Shown: piece by piece, positions 20,163-28,251 of the stretch
Position numbering within the stretch: position 1 is the first letter of the stretch
Layout: each line of letters starts with the position of its first letter
Assembly (NCBI GenBank): GCA_963716545.1
Contig: OY970316.1
Location: forward strand, 1,823,225 to 1,887,224
Reading direction: 5' to 3'
Source of the DNA: an uncultured Actinomycetes bacterium
Lineage (GTDB): Bacteria; Actinomycetota; Thermoleophilia; Solirubrobacterales; 70-9
DNA: 64,000 nucleotides
Notes under the pieces: generated by a model
The model's database searches: none
Seen by the model: the letters and a program-made list of their open reading frames with translations, nothing else
What the model was told of the DNA's origin: nothing
Program-made: the position numbers and the translations under genes

Positions 20163-20639
20163 CTAAAGGTCGTACTTCGCCAGGTCGGCGTCGAGCCGAT
20201 CGCTGTCGCTGGCGCTGGGGCCGCGCGGGGTGCCACCGGGGCCGCCGCCACGCGAGCTACGCCGCCAGCCGAGCACGCCCAGCGCAAGGGCGATCGCGGC
20301 GATCGCGAAGGCGACGATCGGGACCACGTAGGCGGAGAGGCTGAAGCCCGAGTCCTGTGGCAGCGCCAGCACCTCGTCGCCGTACTCGGCGACCAGCGCA
20401 TCCTTGATCTCACTCTTCGACTTGCCTTCTTCGACCAGTCCCTTGAGGAAGACCTTCTCGCGCTGGGCCTGGGGCGATTCGGCCAGCTCCAGCAGGGTGC
20501 CGCAGACCGGGCACATCACTTCGCCTTCGATCTCGGTGATGTTCACCCGCGGTTCCGCCGCCCCGGCCGCCGCTGGCAGCAGCAGCGCCGCCAGCGCCAA
20601 TGCCGCCAGCGCCGCCACGGCCAGCCGCGGCGCCCTCAT
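20163..20639 (-). CDS. ccmH: cytochrome c-type biogenesis protein CcmH/NrfF family
   Basis: Signal peptide, CxxC motif VMCPVCG, LVEEGKSKSEIKDALVAEYGDEVL, C-terminal TM segment. Confidence 0.75.
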   Translation of the reverse strand: MRAPRLAVAALAALALAALLLPAAAGAAEPRVNITEIEGEVMCPVCGTLLELAESPQAQREKVFLKGLVEEGKSKSEIKDALVAEYGDEVLALPQDSGFSLSAYVVPIVAFAIAAIALALGVLGWRRSSRGGGPGGTPRGPSASDSDRLDADLAKYDL

Positions 20640-21238
20640 GAGCGCGGCTGCTTGGGCAGCAGCGGCGCCACTTCGTGCTCCAGGTATTCGGTCGAGACCG
20701 GGCCGACCGCGTGCAGCCTCAGCTTGCCGCGGGGGTCGACCAGGAAGCTCTCGGGGACGCCGGTGGTGCCGTAGTCCTTGGCGCTGGCGCCGTCGCCGTC
20801 GCGCAGCTGCGGGTAGCTGATCCCGTACTTACTGACGAAGTCCTGGCCGTCGCCGCTGAGGTCGCGGGTGTCGATGCCGAGGACGGTGAACTTGGCCCCG
20901 CCGTGTTCCCTCTGGAATTCCTCCAGCGCCGGCGACTCCTGGCGGCAGGGGACGCACCAGGAGGCCCAGAAGTTGACCAGCACCCAGCGGCCCTTGTAGT
21001 TGGCGAGCGATTCGTCGCCGCTGCCCTCCAGCCGCTGCATCTGGGCCTCGGGGACGGCTTCGCCGATCGCGATCCCGGAGTTGCCCTTGCTGGCGAGGCC
21101 ATAGACGAGCAGGCCGACGGCCGCCAGCACGGCGAGCACGACTATCGAGGAGCGGACGCTCAAGGGACCCGGAAGGTTAGATCGCGGTGGCTGCCGGCCC
21201 CGCTCCGGGTCCGGACTGAACCGGCCGGGCCGCGGCAT
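20636..21238 (-). CDS. TlpA/ResA/CcmG-like thiol:disulfide oxidoreductase (membrane-anchored thioredoxin fold)
   Basis: N-terminal TM segment, WASWCVPCRQE active site, GTTGVPESFLVD. 4-nt overlap with ccmH. Confidence 0.85.
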   Translation of the reverse strand: MPRPGRFSPDPERGRQPPRSNLPGPLSVRSSIVVLAVLAAVGLLVYGLASKGNSGIAIGEAVPEAQMQRLEGSGDESLANYKGRWVLVNFWASWCVPCRQESPALEEFQREHGGAKFTVLGIDTRDLSGDGQDFVSKYGISYPQLRDGDGASAKDYGTTGVPESFLVDPRGKLRLHAVGPVSTEYLEHEVAPLLPKQPRS

Positions 21239-21254
21239 GGTGCCGTCCCGCCGC

Positions 21255-21860
21255 TCAGCTGCCGGCGTGCTCGCGGACGGCCTCGAAGGCCTGGTCGATC
21301 AGCTCGACCAGGCCGTCGTCCTCGCCCCGTTCGGCCCAGTCGCGGAGCGCCGCTCCGAGCGCCGCTAGCGCCGCCCCTGCCAGCGCTTCGGCGCGAATGT
21401 CGCCGGGCTCGAGGCCGATCCGCGGCGCCAGTACGCCACCCAGCATCCGCTGCCACTGGGCTCGTCGCTCGAGGTCATGGGCGGCCAGAGCCGGGGTCTG
21501 GCGGGACAGCCGGGCCCGCGCCAGCGCCTCTGTCGGGCTGCGTTCGTAGTTGCGGACGAGGGCGTCGGCGGCCCGCCGCAGCGAGGACCAGACCTCTTCG
21601 TCGGACGGCCGCGAGTCCAGCTCGGCGGCGATCTCTTCGCCCATCGCCTCCTGGGCCGCGAACACCGCCTCTTCCTTCGAGGAGAAGTAGCGGAAGAAGC
21701 TGGCCCGCGAAATTCCCGCCGCTTCCGCCGCTTCGGTCGCGGTCGTCTCGTCGAAGCCGCGCTCGGCGAAGGTGTTGAAGACGACGCGGGCGATCTGCGC
21801 ACGCACGCTGGCTCGCGCCTGCGAGCGTGGGTCGGGCAGGTTTCCAGGCGCCTCCGGCAC
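21255..21860 (-). CDS. TetR/AcrR family transcriptional regulator
   Basis: N-terminal HTH FAERGFDETTATEAAEAAGISRASFFRYFSSKEE. Divergent from the cytochrome c gene. Confidence 0.85.
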   Translation of the reverse strand: MPEAPGNLPDPRSQARASVRAQIARVVFNTFAERGFDETTATEAAEAAGISRASFFRYFSSKEEAVFAAQEAMGEEIAAELDSRPSDEEVWSSLRRAADALVRNYERSPTEALARARLSRQTPALAAHDLERRAQWQRMLGGVLAPRIGLEPGDIRAEALAGAALAALGAALRDWAERGEDDGLVELIDQAFEAVREHAGS

Positions 21861-21957
21861 GGCCGACGCATCCTATTTGGATATATTCCCCGCGTCTTGA
21901 CCCTGGGACTCGGCCATTAACACCGAACAGCAAATCTCCGCCTTCGTCTGGATCCAG

Positions 21958-22527
21958 GTGGGGGTCATCGCGCTCTCCCAGGTGATCCTCGTCGCCTTCG
22001 CCCTCGGCTTCTTCCTCGGCCACTTCACCGGCAGCGACAAGGTGACGACCGTCACCGCGCAGCAGGTCAAGGCCGAAGAACAGAAGGAAGCGACGGAAGA
22101 AGAAGAAGCCCCGGCGCTGGCCGAAGCGCGGATCGAAAAGGCCAAAGCCGAAAACGAAGGCAAGGAAAAGGCCGCCGAAGTCGCCAAGCAGACCAAGGAA
22201 GAAGAAGCCGAAGCCAAGCAGGGCGAAGGCGAAGAACCCGAAGAAACCGCCAGTGGCAAAGGCGAAGAAGCAGGCGCTGCGGGCGGCGCGATGGCCGCGG
22301 CCGGCAAGGAAGTCTTCACCTCCAACTGCGGCACCTGCCACACCCTGGCGGACGCCGGCACCAGCGGCGAAGTCGGCCCCAACCTCGACGAACTGATGCC
22401 GACCAAATCCCTGGTCGAAACCCAGGTCACCAACGGCGGCGGCGGCATGCCCCCCTTCGGCGGCCAGCTCTCCGAAGAAGAAATCCAGGACGTCGCCGAA
22501 TACGTCTCCTCCGTCGCCGGCTCCTAG
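21958..22527 (+). CDS. membrane-anchored class I c-type cytochrome
   Basis: N-terminal TM segment, long Glu/Lys/Ala linker, heme motif CGTCHTL, and a distal Met in GGGGMPPF. Confidence 0.85.
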   Translation: MGVIALSQVILVAFALGFFLGHFTGSDKVTTVTAQQVKAEEQKEATEEEEAPALAEARIEKAKAENEGKEKAAEVAKQTKEEEAEAKQGEGEEPEETASGKGEEAGAAGGAMAAAGKEVFTSNCGTCHTLADAGTSGEVGPNLDELMPTKSLVETQVTNGGGGMPPFGGQLSEEEIQDVAEYVSSVAGS

Positions 22528-22564
22528 CCGCCGACCCCCCGATTCCCCCTAGAATCGCCCCCAC

Positions 22565-22637
22565 GCGGACGTAGCTCAGCTGGTAGAGCGCGAGCTTCCC
22601 AAGCTCGAGGTCGCGGGTTCGAGACCCGTCGTCCGCT
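22565..22637 (+). tRNA. tRNA-Gly (anticodon CCC)
   Basis: Hand-folded cloverleaf: acceptor gcggacg/cgtccgc, D arm gctc-agctggta-gagc, anticodon arm cgagc-ttCCCaa-gctcg (CCC at 22598-22600), T arm gcggg-ttcgaga-cccgt. CCA is not encoded. Confidence 0.9.
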
Positions 22638-22650
22638 TCTCATTTCGCTT

Positions 22651-22673
22651 CTCGGGCCGCTTTGCGGCCCGAG
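22651..22673 (+). terminator. hairpin downstream of tRNA-Gly
   Basis: ctcgggccg-ctttg-cggcccgag: perfect 9-bp stem with a 5-nt loop, 14 nt after the tRNA end. Confidence 0.5.
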
Positions 22674-22844
22674 GGTTCGAGACCCGTTCGAAATGCCGCT
22701 CTCGCTGACGGGGTCGACTGTAGCGGGGGCCGAGGCGGCCGGGACCGATGGGACCCGGATCTTCTTCGCCGCTGGTCAGGGGGTCGTCGAGACTGCCGAC
22801 GTTCAGGCCGAGCTTCAGCCCGGATCGATTATCGTGCTCGAACT

Positions 22845-24539
22845 TTGAATCCCCTTTCGGCGCTCAATAGATATTCGCTTGTCTCCTTCCTGGCAGCTTT
22901 AGCCGTTCTCACTACCGGACAGGTCGCAGACGCCGCCGGCAAGTTGCCCCAGGACCATCGACAAGCGGCAAGTCAATCGGCCGGATCGGCGATTACGGGT
23001 GCATACGCGTGGCGTCCCAACCTCGACCCGCAGGTGGCTTGGAGCAATTACAGCCTGGATGTGATCTACGACACCTACATCCCGCTGCTTACCTACAAGC
23101 ATGCGGGCGGTAGGGCTGGCAGCGAGGTCATTCCCGGTCTTGCCCGCAGCTTGCCGCGTATCACCGACGGTGGCCGCACCTACATGTTGCGTCTCCGTAG
23201 TGGCCTCCGGTACTCGAACGGCGAACCGGTGAGGGCGACGGATTTCAAGTTCTCTGTCGAACGGATGTTCCGACTCGAATTCGGTGCAGCTTTCTCTGGT
23301 CCCGGGCACTTTTTCAAGGACATCGTCGGCGCCAAGAGATTCGAGGCGACCCGCCGGGGGGACGTAGGCGGAATCGTCACCGACGACCGGACGGGAAGGA
23401 TCACGATCCACCTCGCGAGGCCGGAGCGGTCCTTCTCCCGCAAGCTGGCGATGACGTTCACGGCGCCGGTGCCGCCGGACACGCCGATCCATAACGAGTC
23501 TTTCGATCCGCCTCCGGCGACCGGTCCTTACGCCATCACCTCGTCCACGCGGCGCGGCTGGACCTACGAGCGCAACCCCGACTGGCAATCACACAACGGC
23601 GAGGTGATGCCTCAGATCCCCAACGGACACGTCGACAAGATCAAGATCAGAGTGGTCCGCAGCGTGGCGAAGGAGGTGAGGGAGGTGGAGCATGGGAGCC
23701 TCGACTGGATTTCGGCAGAACTTTCGGGTCCGGACTATCTCTCCCTGCAGCGCCGGTTCCCGTCCCGCGTTCGCCTCGAGCCCACCCTCAGCACCGAATA
23801 CTTTTGGCTCAACACCTCGAAGCCCCCCTTCAACGACGTCCGGGTCCGCCGCGCGGTCAACTACGCGGTCGATCGCACCGTCTTCGATCGCCTTTCCGGT
23901 GGCCAGATGAGGCCTACGGAGCAGATCCTTCCCCCCGGCCTGCCGGGATACAAGAGGTCTTCCCCCTATCCACACGATCTGCCCAAGGCGCGAAGGCTGA
24001 TCGCGGCAGCGGACCCATCAGTTCGCGACATCACCCTCTGGACCTACGCTGAACGGGCCGACCTCCTCCCGACCGAACTCACCGTCTACTTCGCCGTAGT
24101 TCTTGACGAACTCGGGTTCACCGTGCACCTTCGGATCCTCAAGCCAGAAAGCTATTTCAGCTCCATTGCGAATCCTAGGCAACCGAATTTCAACGCCGGG
24201 ATCGGCGGCTATTTCTCGAACTATCCGGATCCAAATGACTTCTTCGCGGAAACCCTCGGCTCCCGCGTGAGGCCGTACTTCAACGAAAATCTGGCCCAGT
24301 TCTTCGTCCCAAGTCTTGGGCGCCGGATCGACCATCTGGAGAGCCGGCCTTCGTCGAAGATGCGAGAGGCAGGCTATGCCGCACTCGACCGGACCTATAC
24401 TCGCCTCGCCCCGTGGGTTCCGATCGGCAATATCTCTGAGCCGCTCTTCGTCTCGCGTCGAATAGATCTCAGCAAGGTGGTATCGAACCCAAGCTTCGGA
24501 GTCGACCTGGCCTCTCTCAGCATCGTCAAATCGCGCTGA
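22845..24539 (+). CDS. ABC transporter substrate-binding protein, family 5 (peptide/nickel type), orphan
   Basis: Track ORF 22662..24539. The plausible start is the in-frame TTG at 22845, giving signal-like LNPLSALNRYSLVSFLAALAVLTTGQVADAAG. SBP_bac_5-like blocks: YDTYIPLLTYK, WTYERNPDW, RVRRAVNYAVDR. No cognate permease or ATPase genes nearby. Confidence 0.75.
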   Translation: MNPLSALNRYSLVSFLAALAVLTTGQVADAAGKLPQDHRQAASQSAGSAITGAYAWRPNLDPQVAWSNYSLDVIYDTYIPLLTYKHAGGRAGSEVIPGLARSLPRITDGGRTYMLRLRSGLRYSNGEPVRATDFKFSVERMFRLEFGAAFSGPGHFFKDIVGAKRFEATRRGDVGGIVTDDRTGRITIHLARPERSFSRKLAMTFTAPVPPDTPIHNESFDPPPATGPYAITSSTRRGWTYERNPDWQSHNGEVMPQIPNGHVDKIKIRVVRSVAKEVREVEHGSLDWISAELSGPDYLSLQRRFPSRVRLEPTLSTEYFWLNTSKPPFNDVRVRRAVNYAVDRTVFDRLSGGQMRPTEQILPPGLPGYKRSSPYPHDLPKARRLIAAADPSVRDITLWTYAERADLLPTELTVYFAVVLDELGFTVHLRILKPESYFSSIANPRQPNFNAGIGGYFSNYPDPNDFFAETLGSRVRPYFNENLAQFFVPSLGRRIDHLESRPSSKMREAGYAALDRTYTRLAPWVPIGNISEPLFVSRRIDLSKVVSNPSFGVDLASLSIVKSR

Positions 24540-24583
24540 TCGAGAATGCATGTGGTCACTCGATAGGGGGAGGAGGGACGTTG

Positions 24584-25489
24584 ATGTCAGTGATCGCAGA
24601 GGGCTCGCGGCTTAAGCGTCAGAGGCTTGGCCGGGCGGCGCTCGTTGCGGCCTACGCAGTGGTACTCGTCTTGTTGGCGACTCCCTCGCTGGCTCTCGGC
24701 GCGAGGGCGTCGCATGGAAGCGGGAACGACTATTGCCCACGAAGTCAGACTCATGACTTCACGGCGCCGCTTCGTCGCTTGCCGAAGGCTTCGATGGTTC
24801 CGAGCTCCGGCAGACTGCCTTTCGGTCCTAGGGCCTATCGCTTGTTTGGCAATTCAGGCGTCGTCACCTCAGACGACCCGGTCGGTTTCGTCCTTCGGTC
24901 TGAAAAGGAACTTCGCGGGAGCCCAGGTTGGAATCTGAGGCTGGAACTGCAGAAGATCTCAGCTGTTGGCAACGGCCTTGGCACGATCCGCTCGCGCGAG
25001 GTCAACCTGTCCAAAAAGAACGACCCCTCGGCCGCTCCCGTCACCGTACGACTCCGCCCCGGCGTAGGGTCTGCTTTTCTTCGGACGACGCTCACGATTC
25101 GTGATCGCCAAGGCAGGATCGTGGGGCTCTACGAGGAGTATCTCCGCAAAATGAAGCCGACCGGAACGGCGATGCTTGCCGGTGTCGTCCGCGGAGTCTC
25201 TGGGGAAAGATCGATCGCGTTTCGGGTAGTGAATTCCAGCAATCTCGGCCTGACGATGGGCCCAGGGGCCGCTGCCGAAGAGTTCACTGAAGGTCGGTGG
25301 TCTCCCATTCCGGGCCCCGACCCCTTTGTTAGCCCTCTCGCGATCGATACCGAAGCTGGAGTTTCGGGTCCTTGCGAAAGCCTTGCGCTTCCAGACGGTC
25401 TCGCCGCCGGTTCGTACCGTTTGCGGAAGAACATCTCGCTCGGCGATCACGAATTGCGACTTACCTTCCCGTTTCATATTTCTTCATAG
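24584..25489 (+). CDS. secreted hypothetical protein
   Basis: GGGGGAGGAGGGA SD. Signal peptide AALVAAYAVVLVLLATPSLALGARA. No family recognised. Lower GC than the flanks. Confidence 0.5.
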   Translation: MSVIAEGSRLKRQRLGRAALVAAYAVVLVLLATPSLALGARASHGSGNDYCPRSQTHDFTAPLRRLPKASMVPSSGRLPFGPRAYRLFGNSGVVTSDDPVGFVLRSEKELRGSPGWNLRLELQKISAVGNGLGTIRSREVNLSKKNDPSAAPVTVRLRPGVGSAFLRTTLTIRDRQGRIVGLYEEYLRKMKPTGTAMLAGVVRGVSGERSIAFRVVNSSNLGLTMGPGAAAEEFTEGRWSPIPGPDPFVSPLAIDTEAGVSGPCESLALPDGLAAGSYRLRKNISLGDHELRLTFPFHISS

Positions 25490-25796
25490 ATCCATACCGG
25501 AGTCCAGCGAGGTCGACACCGCTGGATCAGGTCGCGCGCCCCTGATCCCTGCGATAGCTCGATCGGCTAGTTGATCTTGCTCGGTGCCAGCGGCATTACG
25601 AGCGACTCCATCCGGTGGATTTTCACGATGTATCACCTCCTCTATCTCCGTCGGGTTCGACCGAGGAGGCTTACTACAGACGGCTTAACCGGTTCATTGG
25701 GTACGACTAAGTCTCGCCCATTTTTCGTTGCATACTTTCGATAAGAGGATTAACCTCTACTGCTTGATAAATTTTCAAGTGCTGAAAAAGGGAGTT

Positions 25797-26402
25797 GTGG
25801 TGGGCATCAGACAAAAGGCGCAGCCGGAGAACCAGCAGGAGGCGGATGAGATCCGAATCGCCCGGGCTCTTTCTCATCCGCTCCGGGTGAGGATCCTCAC
25901 GGAGCTGAACCGCCGAGATGCATCCCCGAGCGAAATATCATTGGCATGGGGGAAGGAGGTCGCGGGGATCGCCTACCACTGTCGTGTTCTTGAGAAAGCC
26001 GGCATGGTCGAGGTGGTGAAATCCGAGCCAATCCGCGGAAGCGTTAAGCACACGTTTCGCGCGGTGCAGCGCATGTACTACTCAACTGATGCCTGGGAGG
26101 CGATTCCCAAATCTGCGCGCAGCGATTTCTCAGCGCTTGCTCTCGACGCTCTCGGCGGCCGTGCTTCTCATGCCGTCTCAGCAGGCACCTTCGATTCGAG
26201 GACGGACCGCCATCTGAACGTCTCCACCTTCGAGGTCGACGAGGTTGGTTGGCAGAGAATCCACGACCTTCTTGACGGGGTTGAAAGGGCGATGCTGGAG
26301 GTGGAGGAGGAAACGAGAAATCGCGCTGCTGACGACGCGGAGGTCACGCATTTCTGGGCGACGGTCGGATTGCTGAGCTTCGAGTCTCCCGGCCCCGAGT
26401 AG
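25797..26402 (+). CDS. ArsR-like winged-helix transcriptional regulator with C-terminal extension
   Basis: ARALSHPLRVRILTELNRRDASPSEISLAWGKEVAGIAYHCRVLEKAGMVEVV. GTG 25797 is preceded by AAAGGGAG. The track start at 25728 lies in an AT-rich, promoter-like stretch. Confidence 0.7.
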   Translation: MVGIRQKAQPENQQEADEIRIARALSHPLRVRILTELNRRDASPSEISLAWGKEVAGIAYHCRVLEKAGMVEVVKSEPIRGSVKHTFRAVQRMYYSTDAWEAIPKSARSDFSALALDALGGRASHAVSAGTFDSRTDRHLNVSTFEVDEVGWQRIHDLLDGVERAMLEVEEETRNRAADDAEVTHFWATVGLLSFESPGPE

Positions 26403-26700
26403 CCCCTTCCTTACCTGCGATTCGCCGCCCGTGGCGCCGCCCTCCGTTCGCTGGAAGCGAATCGCGCCGCCCAGGCGTAGGTCCTGGTCACCTTCACCCC
26501 CGACGGAGGCACGCCGAAGGCGATCGCCGAGGAGGTCGTCCTCCACGGCTGATCGCGATCGAGTGACCGCTCGGGGCCGCGATGCGCGGGTCCGGGCGGT
26601 CGCCCCGGATCGTCCCGGGTAGGCTTCTCGCCGGGACTCTGGCTACGGCCAAACGGGGCGAGGCGGCCACTCCGCAGCAGAGGTTTCCGCTGGAGGTTCG

Positions 26701-26889
26701 ATGTTCTATTGCGAGCGCTGCGGCACCCGCTTCAACGCAGGTGCGCTCGGTGGCAACGACCAGGTCTGCCCCCATTGCCGGGCCAGGGACGGAGTCGTCT
26801 CACCACTGACCTTCAAGATCTTCGACCCGGTGGCGAAGAGGGTGGACGGAGACGGTTCTGGCGAGAAGCCCTGGGAGCCCGGGACCTAG
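26701..26889 (+). CDS. small zinc-ribbon protein (62 aa)
   Basis: GGAGG SD. Two CxxC pairs: MFYCERCGTRF...QVCPHCRARDG. Confidence 0.5.
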   Translation: MFYCERCGTRFNAGALGGNDQVCPHCRARDGVVSPLTFKIFDPVAKRVDGDGSGEKPWEPGT

Positions 26890-26922
26890 CCGCATTGCGG
26901 CGAACGACTTAGTACGCCTTGC

Positions 26923-26945
26923 GTTACTACGTCTTACGTAGTAAC
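26923..26945. promoter_or_regulatory. perfect 10-bp inverted repeat; candidate PadR operator
   Basis: gttactacgt-ctt-acgtagtaac, 10 nt upstream of the padR ATG at 26955. Confidence 0.5.
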
Positions 26946-26954
26946 TTCTTGGCC

Positions 26955-27317
26955 ATGACGACTGACGGAGCTTCCAAGCAGAAGGGCGGTCGCTCGAACG
27001 ATCCGACCGTGTTGATCCTCACCAGCCTCGCTTCCGAACCGAAGCACGGCTATGCGCTGACTCAGGACATCGAGGAGTTCGCCGCGGTCAGGCTCGGTCC
27101 GGGAACGCTCTATGGGGCGATTTCGCGGCTCGAGGACCGGGGGCTGATCGAGGCGGTGGGGGAGTCGGGACGGCGGCGGCCCTACCGGATCACCGCGGCG
27201 GGGACGGCGGCGCTGCGGGAGGCGCTGGCGGAGATGAGCGCGATCGTCGCCGCCGGCAGCGAGCGCCTCGGGGCGGCCCAGTCTCTCGGCGCCTCTGCTG
27301 CGGGAGCGACGGCATGA
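26955..27317 (+). CDS. PadR family transcriptional regulator
   Basis: LILTSLASEPKHGYALTQDIEEF...LGPGTLYGAISRLEDRGLIEAV...RRPYRITAAG. ATG 26955 is chosen so that the palindrome is upstream (the track starts at 26919). Confidence 0.85.
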   Translation: MTTDGASKQKGGRSNDPTVLILTSLASEPKHGYALTQDIEEFAAVRLGPGTLYGAISRLEDRGLIEAVGESGRRRPYRITAAGTAALREALAEMSAIVAAGSERLGAAQSLGASAAGATA

Positions 27318-28225
27318 GCGCCGCTCGGACTGGAGCCCGGTTGCTGCGCGCCTATCCTCGCGGCTGGCGCGAGCGTTACGGCGCCGAGCTGGAGGCGCTG
27401 ATCGCCGAAGCGAACGAGGGTGGCCGGGTGTCGATGGCGACCAGGCTCGATGTCGTCCGTGCCGGGCTCGGTGAGCGCGTTCGCGCCGCCGGCCTGCGTC
27501 CCGAAGGCTCGCCGCGGCAGCGGGCGCGGGCGGAGGTGCTGCGGGTGCTCTGCGCCTGGGCGCTCTTCGCGTTCGCCGGGCTCGTCGTCGCCAAGTTCTC
27601 CGAGCACTGGCAGGGAGCGGTCCACGGCGGCGGCTCGCTCGCGAGGGTCGCTTTCGTGGCGATTCTCGCCGGGGCCGGCTGCGGCTCGGCGCTGGTCCTC
27701 GCCGGCATCGCCATCGCGGTCCCGGCCTTTCTGCGGCTGCTTCGCGCAGGCGGCTGGGGGAAGGTCCGCGGGCCGCTGCTGGTCAGCGTCCTGGTCGCCG
27801 GCGCCCTCGCCGCGGCGACCGCCGGGTTGGCGCTTTGGTCAGGTTCGCTCAATGCTGATCAGCGGAACGGCGATGACGCCCTCTACGCCGCAGCCTTCCT
27901 CGTCTGGGCGGCCCTGATCGCCGCCTCGTTCGCGATCTGGGCCGGCGCCGCGATCGCGATCGCCCGCCGCCTCGAGCTGGCCCCCCGGGTCGTCAGGGTC
28001 CAGGCGTGGCTCGCCGCCGGCGCTGCCGCCGCGATCGGCTTCGTCGCCGCGGCGACGGCCATCTGGTGGATTGGGATGGCCGATTCCGCTCCAGGCTTCT
28101 TCGGCGGATCGACCCTCGCCCCGCAACTCTTCGCCGCGATCGCACTGATGGCATTGGCCCTCTGGGTCGCCGCCCCTGCCGCCTGGCGCGCGGCCCGCGA
28201 GGCGCCGCGGATCTCGGAGCTCTAA
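27314..28225 (+). CDS. integral membrane protein co-transcribed with padR
   Basis: ATGA overlap with padR. N-terminal soluble segment, then about 6 hydrophobic helices. Function unknown. Confidence 0.6.
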   Translation: MSAARTGARLLRAYPRGWRERYGAELEALIAEANEGGRVSMATRLDVVRAGLGERVRAAGLRPEGSPRQRARAEVLRVLCAWALFAFAGLVVAKFSEHWQGAVHGGGSLARVAFVAILAGAGCGSALVLAGIAIAVPAFLRLLRAGGWGKVRGPLLVSVLVAGALAAATAGLALWSGSLNADQRNGDDALYAAAFLVWAALIAASFAIWAGAAIAIARRLELAPRVVRVQAWLAAGAAAAIGFVAAATAIWWIGMADSAPGFFGGSTLAPQLFAAIALMALALWVAAPAAWRAAREAPRISEL

Positions 28226-28251
28226 GGAAGTCCCCCTAGGCTCGGGGGCCG

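Noticed and set aside
25567-25626. Tiny minus-strand ORF (VKIHRMESLVMPLAPSKIN, 19 aa) preceded by a near-perfect SD GGAGGTGA at 6-nt spacing, in the AT-richer spacer of the islet.
   Set aside because: It is too short to evaluate from sequence alone, has no recognisable toxin or leader-peptide features, and there is no downstream gene on that strand to regulate. It is noted only as something Ribo-seq could test.
26481-26552. Protein-like reading VLVTFTPDGGTPKAIAEEVVLHG* with no start codon (a TAG lies immediately upstream).
   Set aside because: It looks like the C-terminal remnant of a decayed gene. It cannot be called a CDS and is used only as supporting evidence that the 22.7-26.9 kb segment is degraded.
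22638-26900. An intact integrative element (prophage or ICE) at tRNA-Gly.
   Set aside because: No integrase, recombinase, excisionase, phage structural or conjugation genes are visible on either strand, and I could not locate a second full att repeat by eye. At most this is a remnant islet.
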